Below, piece by piece: positions 37,001-49,000 of a DNA stretch of 64,000 nt. Under the pieces are notes generated by a model. It had not been told where the DNA came from. It saw only the letters and a program-made list of their open reading frames with translations, and did not search any database. Origin of the DNA: Klebsormidium nitens (taxonomy: Eukaryota; Plantae; Klebsormidiophyceae); contig DF236990.1 in the NCBI GenBank assembly GCA_000708835.1, positions 186,001-250,000 on the forward strand, given 5' to 3'. The translations under genes were made by a program, and so were the position numbers. Within the stretch, counting starts at the first letter, position 1, and every line of letters starts with the position of its first letter.

Positions 37001-40000
37001 AAAAATGGATCTGGTGGAGAATTGCTCTTTCCAAAGCTTTCAAAATTCCGCCTTTGAGGGAAAAGGTGGCTTGCAGGGCACGAACTTGTTAATCAGAAGC
37101 TCATGTGAATGCTATGAAAACGAGGTAACACTTTACCACTTCGACTTGAGAGGACTCTTTTCGACAGCCCGATAAGGGTGTATACAAGACTTGGGGGCAG
37201 ACTGCCGGTTTCAAGATCTACTTCATAACTACGGAATGTCGAGGAGAAAGTGGCTTCAGCTCCAACATCCGCGCAATCTAGCAAACGCTAGAGAGCGGCG
37301 ACCGTCACGGCCACTGTCATGGGGCCTCCAACCTACAGTCCGTCCTATGTGCGAGAGTATAAATGATATTCGCACAAGTTCAACAAGGAATGTAACTAGA
37401 GAAGGATGCAGAGCCCCTTGCACAGTCGTGATAAGGAATGAAGTGAAACGCGACAACAGACTGGTCACTCAAAAGGCGGGCTAAACAAACTCTGTGACTG
37501 AAAACCTTCGTCCAGACGCCGAAGCTCTGGCAATTCGATCCATACCCTGCGTATGCATTCTTCGCATATCTGAAATGGGCCGATGATCCCGCTTCATTCT
37601 GACTTTGAAAGCCCCCCACGCCATTTCCCAAGCATAAAAAAGTATCGAGCTGTTAATCAGCTCGACATGCAAAGTTTTGCAAGCACGGAATGCCAGAGCG
37701 CCCGTAAGGGTAGAAGTGTGGAAAAAACAAAGCTGCCCCTTGGGACTTGCATCGTAACGGCGTGGCAACAAAGGCTGTGTGGAAGACGGGTCTAATATCT
37801 ATGGCCGCAAAGGCCAACAACATTCTGGATGCACGAATCACAGCCGAAGTCACCGGACCTCCGCCATTATCCACCAAAAAAGCAAATAAAAGCACGAGAG
37901 ATAAAGTGTAACCAGCCGGGCGAAAGAGCATGTGTATTTGACAAACATAAGCAGTTTCTTTATGCTTTCTTCAGCTCCTCCGATCCGCATCCACTAATAG
38001 AATTCATCTGAAATACGTCGTGATAGCCTTGCCAAGATGGTAGGCGCTCCGGCGTCAAGAAGGCAGAAATTCTGCGGAAGCCCATGTGTTCTCGAGCATC
38101 CTTGCCGGTAGATGCAATTGATATTAAGAGCAAACAGTAGAGGGTTGGGTTTAGCGGCGACAAGAAAGAGCGGCATCGCAGAAACGAAAGCAGGAAAAGT
38201 GATGCTGACCCGACGGAATGAATCCGGAGACCGCCACTCGTTGCGCTCTTAATACGTTCAAATGCTTGACTAAGAAAAGCCAATTATATCGCAACGACAA
38301 ATGTACTCTACCAACACGAAAGCTCATCCACCGAACGCAGCGTTTCAGTGAAGCTGCAAAATACGCCGTCAATAAGGACATCAAACTTCAATTGACTGCA
38401 ACCTTGGTTACCAGTCAATCGGAGTACTCGTAACCAAGGTTGCAATAGCAGAAGCTTGGTCTTTACTTCCGCTTGCACAATTGAGCATCATGCAATCGAC
38501 TGACAACATGTCGTCCAAATGGAAGCGGGCAACTGCCTGCAAATGCTATCGCGGCTTCAAATGGGCACTGCAATGGCTTTCGGAACAAGTTCCGGAGACA
38601 CTTACAAAAGCGTTGAGGCATCGAGTCTAATAGAACCGGCAGCACACGATGCGAATTTTGTAATCTGACTGGAACGCACGGCATGTGGCTTCCGTTACAA
38701 GAACGACGCATGGAAATGTGGGCGCCGAGTTCGCCCACCGCGAAGCGTTTCGTCATTCCCACTAGACTTTCTGCGGACAGGACGTGCTACTGGCGACTGT
38801 ACAGCTTAAGGGTGTCGGGGCAAGGCATTGCGCTAGTCAAGGTGTTCCGGATCAACAGGCTGACTTTGACTGTGTCACTGCCATCGAAGTACCTCTCATG
38901 CCGATTATATCCGGTCCCACATCTTGCACTGCCACGTGATCATCGAGCAATCGCAACCACACGTTGTAGGGTTTGGCAATGGCGTCCACCATGGTTGCGC
39001 AAATGGCGGAATGCAATAGCATCCTCCATTCTCCACAGTTTCCAACATTGAAAAGCAGTAACACACATGCTTTCAGTGGTTAGGTGTGTTACTTGTGAAG
39101 GAATGGCGGAAAATGGCTTCCTTTGAAAGCCTTTTGCTAGATTCTGTGCAAAGAAAGCGCTTGGTCAAGTTGCGGGTTTATTATGCAAGATGTGGGACCG
39201 GTTATAAATGGCATGAGCCTGGTATTAAGCGGCCACAAGCTACGAAGACGTGAATTGCCTTTCAAGCCGCGTGATTGACCCTCTAGCTCGCTCGAAACTT
39301 GTGCGGTGTTTAAATAGAACGAGCTGGATAGTGGCATCAGATCCCAACGAAAGTGACTTGGCTTGCAAATACAAGCAAGCCGCCATCAGGAGCAGTCACA
39401 GCCAAATTGGCTACCCAACAGGGCAGTCGGGCCTTGCTTCGAAAGGAAAATCTGCCTGTCACAAGCAATCTCCATAAGCCGCGAGTTGAACCGACAGATC
39501 AGTCTTCGATCAGGCTCGTATGTCTAAAAGGGCACGCTGTCAAAATTTCGAGGAAAGCAGATATTTTTGCTATTTTAGTCAGGGAAGATATGGGGCTCGA
39601 GACGATCCTTCAAGACTGAGCAAGACGCTCAGCAATTGATGGATAGACGATGGACATTAGCACGGGCTCACAGACCGCCTTGAGTTTTGAACAGTGTAGT
39701 TGGTGCTGAACAGTATTGGAAAAGCAACCGACCAGCGAAATCTGTGGAACGACTGCGTAAAAAGCGCCATATTATGGCCTCAGAAGCACACCGATCATTG
39801 TTTCCAAAGGTTTGCCTTCTATCATTGCCATCTGGAAAGCGCCACCTTGCCCACCAACGAGGGACCAGCGAAAAGATGCATTGGATGCAGACGCTAATGC
39901 GCAAATGCGAAGGTCGGAGGTGTGGTCGAAGCAAAACATACGGCACTAACAAGGGTCCATCAGCAACACTCATCACCTGCGGGTGGGGACTCAAAACGGC

Positions 40001-43000
40001 TTACAGTCTCGAACGCCTATGGTATACGTACACTGACCGCATGGAGAAATGGCGGCCGTCACAGTCATTGCCATGGGCCCTCCAGCCCACAGCCCGTGTT
40101 TTTTTGAGAGTGTGTTTCTTCAATGTGCAAGCTTTCCCAAAGTCCTTCAACCAAAGCCTAAGAACGGGTTCCGGTCGGCCGTAGAAAGGAGCGAATGAAT
40201 GCGAAGAAAGGACGGTCACTCGAAACTCGGCAAGACGAAAGCCTGACAGACGTTCAAGACTAAATGGTCGTCGCAAGTTGGCAGTCCGCTTCGGTGCCCA
40301 AAACAATGTGCACAGTGCTTATGCGCGTGGCACAATTGAGATACAAAAGATACTCGCTCGTTGAAGCTGGACGTTTCTAGAAACCCTGAAAATATTTCTT
40401 GCAAACGCAAGTTGGTAAACCAGAGCTCTTATCCGGCTCAAAACCCGAGCTTTCCACGCGTAAAAAGCTGGGAAGCCGACGGGAGAAACAAAGACAAGCC
40501 TGCCCCTTGCAAGCTTGTTAGTGCGATGGCATCGTATGCGAAGGCACGTGATAGCCTGAGAGGCCAGCAGCAAGGTTGCCTTGATCACAGCCGGCCTTTC
40601 AACTAGTGGTCTCGCCCCCTTTACTAAAGCGCAGAAAAAGAAACTCAAGAGCAGACCCCGCAAAGCAGTTCACCATCGTTAGCAATTGTATGCCATGAAG
40701 CGGGCTCGTAGCTCGGAACTTTAGCAAAGCATTACAAGGAAAATTGGGACGCGAAAGCGTTCGTTTGTCCGTCAGGCGATTTGCATCCGCAACGGCATTC
40801 ATTAGGCAAGCCCATGCGGCGCTCTGCAACCGTCCCTGCGACCGAACGCATTGGCACAACTTAGAAGAAGCAATCGACCAGCGGGATTTCTGACGGAATG
40901 GGAGCGCAGCCCCTGTACGAAAGAAACAACAACGGTAGTGATCGGACATGATAATTTTGAAGACTGCTGCTCCGACTGGTACCTCGTTGAAATGTTCGAC
41001 CAAGGACAGACTGATCAAGTACAGGCTAACAGCAACTAGACATCACCAAGTCGGCCTTCATCAGGTGCGCACATTTCAAGTGCGATCTTTAAGCCGTGAC
41101 TTCAATCCATAACGACATCAACCTTACATTGCCTCCATCCGGCTACTCCAGGAAACATCCAAACACCCTCAGAAGGTCTTGGCCCCGAGCTACAAATCCT
41201 AGCAAAAGTTGAGACTCGTAAGGTATGGAGAGGCTCAGCGCCAACTGAAGGTCGAACGTGATTTTGAACGGCTTTAAAGCGCCACTTGGTTTTGAGATAG
41301 CTGATCTGTTGCTGTGAAGCTAAGGAGGAGCAAATAACAAAAGCAGATGTGTTTGATGAAGGCGCGATAAAGCGCCACAATGCGGCTTCAGAAGCAATGT
41401 CACCAGCGACCTTGGAATCATCCAAAGGAAGCCTTCTATCATCACCATATAAGGACTACCCAGACCCGGGCCCAGTAAGAGCGAAAAAATGGTTTCACCA
41501 CGAAGGCTTTGGCAAAAGACTTCTCAAGATCCACCAGATACCGAACGTAACAAGAGGAAGCCAGGTCGTAAAGCTATTAGAGGATTTAATGAAGAGGGTC
41601 AGTCGACGCTATCAGATATTTCGAGGCAAGACTCGCACACGCATGCACTGATTACATTTGCACACGCCAAGAAGCGATGGCCGTCACTTCCAGTGCCGCG
41701 AACATTCCAGCCCACAGCACATGTTTTCATGGAGAAGGGCGAGATTAAGGTTGCACGTGTACGTGAGAACCTTCCAGCCGCTAGAAGCGAAGTTGTTTGT
41801 GTTGTGAAGTTGGTTGTGAAGTTGTTTGTGAAACGGAAGTAAAATTGTCAAGACTGGACATTGATCCAAGCACCGGGGTAAAGAAAGCTGGACTTGCCAG
41901 TTCCAATCTGGTCTGTACGCGTAAACTGAAGCTCTGACAACCGTTGCTATCTACACGGTGCGTACGCTCGATTGAAGAGCCTACACCCACTGAATGCCCG
42001 CCTAGTCAAGCTGAACTCAAAAGCGTCTAACGCAACCTCAAGAGAATCCAAAAAACTAGAGCTTTGAGTCCAGCTCGATGGTCCAGTTTCGTTGAACCAC
42101 GGACAGAGAGCGCTTACGGGAACACAAGCATCGAAAAAGCAGAGCTTGTCTCTTGCAAGTATCGTAGCACGGTGACATCAAACGCTGTCCGGACAAGATG
42201 GAGTGGCCTGAGAAGCCAATCAAAAGGACCTTTTGATCACAGCCATTGAAGCGATCCATGTCGCCCATTGCAAAGATGGAAAACAGAGAGCGAACCCAGC
42301 CGGCAAACAAGTTGGCGTCAGACCGATTACAATAAGACTTAGCCATATTGCTAAACCGTAGGTAGCAATCACGGCCAACCTATCAAGTGTACCTTATAGC
42401 CAGTCACCCTCGTGTCGCAATGTACATCTCCCACATACATTTTTCTCAACGCGCTCTTTTACTTGCTGAATAGCTGATGTCACTTTCTCAGAGACCTCTG
42501 GGATTGGGACTGATCACTCCACGAATTTCGCGCGTTGTCCTCCTGACAAACTTGGAAAGCAAGAGACGCTCAGCGTGGACCAGCGTGTAGAGTACCATCC
42601 ATAAACTGAAGTCCGGGCTTGCAAACGATAACCAGGTCTTTGAAAGGAAATAAAGTTGGCATTGGGCGGAAACGAGGAACAGACGACCAAATGACGGGTT
42701 TCAAACGAGTGTGCGACAAGCGCTAGGTTTGGCTTCGGATGTAGGAGTGGGCAAGACCTTGGAAACTCTAAAGGTTGCTTCTATCACTGCCTATGAAGAC
42801 TGCTACCGCCAGACCCACCAAGAGAGAGATAGTGAAAAGAAGGCTGTCCAATGTCAGCAGGAATGACAGAAGGTTTCAGTATGATTCATCCTACATGCGG
42901 TTGAGAGGAAGCATGTCGGGGCGTGGTCGAGTAAAGAAAAGGCAGCCGAAAGGGTCACTGGCCCACGTGTGATTAAGAAGCGGGAGTAAGTAATCGATAA

Positions 43001-46000
43001 TCACGAGCAACAATTGCAAAAGCCAGGATCCCGGAAGCCATAAAAGCTAACGGCTTTACTAGTCGGTGAATTCCAATGCCCGCGTTCCAAGCTCAACGAA
43101 TCGCAACAATAGAAAAAGACCTCTCCTTGATGCAAGCACAGAAGCTAGACGAGCAAAGAAAGGACCTTTCAGCCAAAACCAAAGAAAGGACCTTATAGTC
43201 AGAAGATATCAGCACTGCACACAAAGCTTCAAACCAATGTTAGCAAGGCCAGCCACGTGGCGTCTGTCCGGTAGGGCAGAGCCCATCTGCTCTTGAGCAT
43301 CCATGCCAAACAAAAAAAGAAACAACTCACTCAAACATCACGGGCAATAGAAAAAAGTTTAAGAAGAGAACTTTCGAGTGGAGACTCGACATACATGCAA
43401 TAAGGCTCCTATCAGGGCACACACAAAAGGGCATACATTCATCATTTATCCAGGTTAAGTGCTGCGATTAAAGCTAGGTACAGATTTCCAGCCGGCGAGA
43501 TGGGACATGGTACCGAATGGCGGGCTCCCAGTCAAGGGACCGCCGACGAGGGCACAAGGAAGCACAAGCGAAAAACGGCAAGAAAAAGCACACGCGACAA
43601 AGTTCTCAAAGAAATGGAAACTCCTGAAGCGGAAACGCCTGAAAACGGACGGTATAGCACCGCTTGGAGCGGTCTGTACGAACTTGCGAAGCATCAACAG
43701 CCCAAAAGGTCATGCGTATGAAGAAAATGTTCCGCACAAATAGGGAAGCGGGCTCAGAGCGAGGAAGAGCAAAAGGGTTGACTGGCGATACAGCCAATTC
43801 AGTGGCGGCACGATCACAGCCACTCCCGCGAACGTCTACGTTCCCGCGAACTGCGGTGAGATGCATTCTAGAGCAAGCCGAACTGCCTTCAGAGCGCGAG
43901 GAACAGTGCGATGACGGCGCGGCCAACTAGGGCAAGGTTGCAGAACCCAAAGTTGCTACCTCACGGTACTGAGGTGTCAGGAGGTGTGAAAACTACAGGT
44001 GCGTAGTGAACCAGCAACAACGCCACAGCCATCACGACCTACTTTTGGCAATCAGCCCTAGGCAAAGCAAGAAAACCGACGAAGCGGAAACGGGCTGAGA
44101 CTAGACCGGGGGAGTACGAAGGGTGAAAAGGGTAAAGGGCAAACCTCAGCGAGGCAGAAAGAAACGCTTCGGCATCGACCGCCAAAATCATATTTGAGCA
44201 CAGCCCATGCGACACTTGATCAAACGTCATTGCCGACCATGCGGAAATGTTGAAACACAAGAGGAGCGGGCTGTTACAGCCAAAGGAACTGTACTCAGTA
44301 GAATCGCATTGTGAATGCTTAGGAGCCAGCTGACTGACCAGCAAAGAGTTTAATCTCGAAAGGCAAAGCGCAACAGGTGCTAGGAGGCCGCGATTTCAAC
44401 GGCAAGGGCATGCAACCAGAAGCAAGATCTAGACATCTGCCTTCGTTGTCCTCAAACAAGACTTTGATGAAACGGCATAACAGTTCTTTAAGGGGCCTGT
44501 GAGATGACGCGCTCGGGCAGGATCTCCTTGAACTCGCAGGTCAAATTGAGCAAAGCGTGTGCCATGATAAAAGTCAGTGGAAGGCGCGGACACGCACAAT
44601 TCCGTTGGCGTCAAATACTCATCGTAAACCCAGGTTCGCTGCATCAAATGCTGCGAACCCACTGGCCTGCCATCACAGCCTGCGTGCCTTGCAGCAATCC
44701 GGGGAGATTTTCCAAAGCATCGACAATAAGCAACAAATGCTGAGGCCCGAACCACCGTTAGGAATCTGTTTAACGGTGTGAAGAAGACGAGTTGACTACT
44801 TCGTGAACCAGATTGCTACTCTAATTTTGATCACAGACATGCGCGGTCAGTAGAACGGAGCTTGCAAGCTTCAGACGAACGGCCCTGGGGTCGAATCCCC
44901 TGGTAGAGGAGCATCGTTGCCAACCAAGCCAGAGTGTACCAGAACAAAAGTGTACATTTCAAAGAGAGGAGAGGAACACTGATCTTCTTTGTGTTGAAGA
45001 TAGCGTGGCTATGCACTGAACAACCTTGTATGACTGACACGTTTGATAGATTATGTCTTCTTTCTCGTGACAAGAGCATACCTTGGACTTTGCGTTCGTA
45101 ACCAACATGCAAACTTCGACTCAGGACAATAGACTTCTCCTTATCCTTACAATCCATTCGACTTTCTCGTCTGAGACTGAACCCACTGCCCACTTTCCAT
45201 TCTTCTCAACACCTTCACAGATTTTGGCCAATGAACTAAGGTGGAGGACGAAACGCGGGAATAACCCACTGTACATACCAGCGACGTGGCGTCAGGAGCC
45301 AGCATCCCTTCCGTGGCTTTCACCGGAACAAGGGCGGTGCCATCACAGCCAGCGAGTCAAACAAACCAAAGAGGCAAAGCATGGCAGGTTTGTAACAAGC
45401 CAGGCGAACTCATGGAGCCATTCGTTCATAGGCCTAAATCGACGTAAAGCCAGGATTCAGCCACACAGCTCGCTTCGCAGAGCATAATAAACCCCTCCAC
45501 TTCCAAAAACACGGAGCTTTGGTTTTAGCGTCCGAGCTAAGTCAAACTACGGAGTAGCATAAAGCAGTGCGGCGTACTCAAACAAGCAGCCGAAGTGTTC
45601 CCAACCGAATACCTACCAACAGAACGGGCTTGTAGCTCAAAGACGTGATTGCAAAGACGCCTCGACGCCCTCGATGGCGCGATGCAATCGACAAGAAGGG
45701 ACGAAAAGTAGGAAACTCTCCGGCGTCCTACTAAAAGGAACCGGACTCCTACTGGGCGAACCCCAAGAATGTTTCGAGTATCCGTGCCAGAGTTTAGAAG
45801 GACACGAAGACAAAAGGGTTCCCGAATCTCACACGATCGGCCGCCTCTGAAGGCGGTTGGAAAGCCTGCATGGCATCAGTCACCTATACGAGGAAAGGCC
45901 TCTTGACCAAACGGCAAGAGGCAGCGCGGCTATCACGGCCGGAATACCTTCAGTTCACTGCCAAGTAGTGACCAAGTAGTGATTTCGGACGGGCAGAATT

Positions 46001-49000
46001 GAATGGAAGCGTTGCAATAATAAACACTGATCATTCGATAGTTTAAGCTTCAGACGCTCACTAGCAGCAACGCAAGACTACGGGGTGCAACTCAAATTCC
46101 ATAACGGCATCGAACCTCCGTCCATGATTTGCAACCAGTACGCAAAAGTGAGAATGTCTATCCGGCCTTCAAGCCTGAACATAACCTTTCAACTTCCTGA
46201 AAGGATGGCGTCTTGGGATGCTGATTAAAATTGGCGTCAAACCCAGAAAGTGTAGCATCTTGCAACCACAGCCACCGTCTCGGACGTCATACTGGCACAG
46301 CGATTGTGGAGGGCTGAGCACACAACAAAACCGGCAAACCAATCGACCGGCTGAACACGCAAAGTTTCAGACTAAGTCGTCACTTGGCGCGCGAAACCAA
46401 CGGAGAGACAAAGACGCATGAAGATTCATGGAAAAGCTAGTGCGTGGTATTCGAGGAAAGGGCAGTAGACTACGTGGCGACCACACCGTACCTGGAAGGA
46501 GTAGACGGTCGCCGGGTTGAAAGGCGGCTTGTCCGTCACCGTCCTGGCCCGGAACACCGGAACGAACTCGGAGAAGGGCAGTTGGACCTGCGGAGACGGA
46601 CGCCCCGTTTTCAGCATTCGCTTGTCCTTTTCAGTATCCAACTTCCATCTGCCACAAAGCCCAAATTCTACCCGCAAGAGACGTTATATTTCGAACCTCG
46701 GACCATGCGGCAGCATGCTTATACATACTACACGAGACTATAGGCTCAGAGAAAAAGCTCCGATGAATCTCTGCGACTAAAGCCGGCAAAGTCCATACAT
46801 TCCCAACCTTGAGCCCCAGCGCCCATGCAAAGAGCGGATCTCGTGTTGAAATACTTACGGTTTGCCACGTGTCAGCCTTTGTGTCGAAGCTCTTGGTGTA
46901 GCCGACGGTGTCCCAGCCCTCGTCCGTCCGGATGATGAACTTGAACCGTTTTCCTGTCCCCTGCGCATCACATCCGTAGCAACTTCAGTAAGGCACATAG
47001 TAAGTGAAAGCCTTCAAAAACAGGTCTTTTTAGATACATGTTACGCGTACGAATTGGGAAGCGCATGATAGGCGACCCTGAAGAGACGTGAGATTCGGAA
47101 ACATACCGATGCGCAATTGGAAAACGAAGAAGTAAGATATAGTACAAGCTGAAAAACCGACCTGGCTTCGTGACTGGGTCTAGACAGACCTCAATCCAGG
47201 AACTACACAAAACTCCCAACCAATTTTGAGTCTCGCGTCGCCTCCAACGTGGTAATTTTCTGCGACCAATCAGCGTTTTCCTGACGACGTCAAATGCACA
47301 TCCAGTTTTCAAGAAGAACGTGTGTGCTAACGTCAAAAGAAGAACGAGCAAGGATGTGATACAAACTAAAGGGACCCGACTTACTTTGAGCCGTATCGAA
47401 AGGCCTTCATATGACGTGAGGTCGAGCGGCGGTGTGAAATTCTGCACAACGAGACATGTGCCTCACAATTCAAATAGGCCCCCACGACAAAAGGTACTGA
47501 CAGCAGCGGGGGTTTCGGAAAATGCTCTGCATGGTACAGCGAGATGCACAAGAAGGATCCGTAAGAGGCAAGTCCCTCAACAACCCAAGCACGCTTTGCG
47601 ATCGGCCATCGGTCAGTGGGACTTTGCAGAAGACATAGCGAGCAGAGTGTCGAACCCATGTGGGCATTGAATGAATCACGATATTCACCAACGGAAGTCG
47701 CGACCATTTTGTGGAAAAGCTTAGACCTGGTATTCCTCACGCAGACTCTCGTGCATTGATAGCACGACTCAAGAGAGGTGAGCTTACCCGGGTTCTAATG
47801 CTTGCAAAGCCCCCTGAGTTCTTGGAAGAGACAAAACCTGCAGATCAGAGAACAGGATTCAGTGCTCTCGGCAACTGTGTTCCAACAACAATCAGCAAGC
47901 ACCCCATGCCTACGCGGCCGCCTCTCTGTAGTTTGCACTTCGAGCGCAACGCAGTTGCAGCGAAACTTCATCAGGGGTGCCTCCAGCGAGAGCGAATCTG
48001 GTCAATCGACCGCTCTGAACCGCTGGCTCTGTTGACTTCAAATCATCTCGTTGTAAGTACCGGACATGAAATTCTTCAATGTATACATCCGGGGGGAATT
48101 CGGCAACGACAGTTGTTCGGGCAGGCTCGATGGAAGGCAAGAATGGCGACAGAATGATCACACGGAACTGACCGGTCGAAAAGTGCCGTGTCAACCTCCA
48201 GAACCCGTTCTTACGTTCCATTGCCATGATCAGGACCGTACTTTCTCTGATTGATTACGTAGCAAGTGGACTGACGCAAGCACTCAGCCGGCCATGAGAG
48301 TCACGAATGAATCCCAGGAAGCTGAAACGGATTTCGGAATAGAGCATCTATTGAAAAAGATAGCAAAGTTGGACAAGCAGTCAAAAGGCCGAGAGCCTGC
48401 AGTCGTCACCTCTGAAGACGCCGACTACACTGCCGTCCTCTCTGGCACTACGGTCGACTTGGAAGCCGCTTTCGCTGATCCCGCCCATCACGACGTCGTC
48501 CAGTGCGCCCCAAGCGGGACCGCTCGGTAAGCCGTTCTCTGGAGAGTTTACAGTGGTTGACAATACTTTGGCAACGACGTCCCATAGAGCTAGATGTTCA
48601 AGATAGACACTATTCGTTTGACAGCAGATGAACATGTACTGTCCAGATCTGCCCGGCCAGATAGGAACAGGGCGTTAAGAACCAGAAGGACCCTCTCAAG
48701 AAATAAACTTTGATGATGCCCCAGGCCGGGTCCTCTGGCAGGCCAGTCTCTAGGAGCAGATCATAAGAAAGATATACAAAAAGTACTAGACTTGAATCTG
48801 ACGTGAAACTGTTATACATCCACGGAAGGAACTCTGAAACTGATGGAGGCTTTTTGAAAAGAGACATAAAATCACACAATCGCCAGAAACTTTGAACTAG
48901 AGTAAATACTGGCCGCACCGACTCTCAGTCAAGAAGCGCAGATATGACCAAGAGCGAAAGAGATTGTCTCTCCATGAACTCTTCAACAAGTTTCCGCGTT

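Noticed and set aside
44841-44910. tRNA or tRNA-derived SINE (GGGGTCGAATCCCC T-arm-like hairpin)
   Set aside because: The T-loop is one base short, and I found no acceptor stem, D-arm or convincing A-box. At most an unrecognisable remnant.
45626-45640. tRNA-like 5' end GGGCTTGTAGCTCA
   Set aside because: No cloverleaf continuation.
9349-46290. CRISPR-like or integron-like array (conserved ends with variable spacers)
   Set aside because: The repeats are short, degenerate and irregularly spaced (hundreds to thousands of bp). The context is eukaryotic, and no cas or integrase gene is present.
8290-46491. Autonomous transposon, retroelement, Fanzor/TnpB or endogenous giant-virus genes
   Set aside because: No DDE, RT, integrase, RepHel, RuvC or capsid motifs and no long ORF were seen; ORFs in this interval are all under 220 aa. 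A profile search could still reveal decayed remnants.
46520-46590. Origin of the 370-bp monomer from CIA30 exon 10 (ACACCGGAACG...GAGAAG.GCA similar to ~26855)
   Set aside because: The match is ~25 bp, seen in one monomer only, and does not extend; likely chance.
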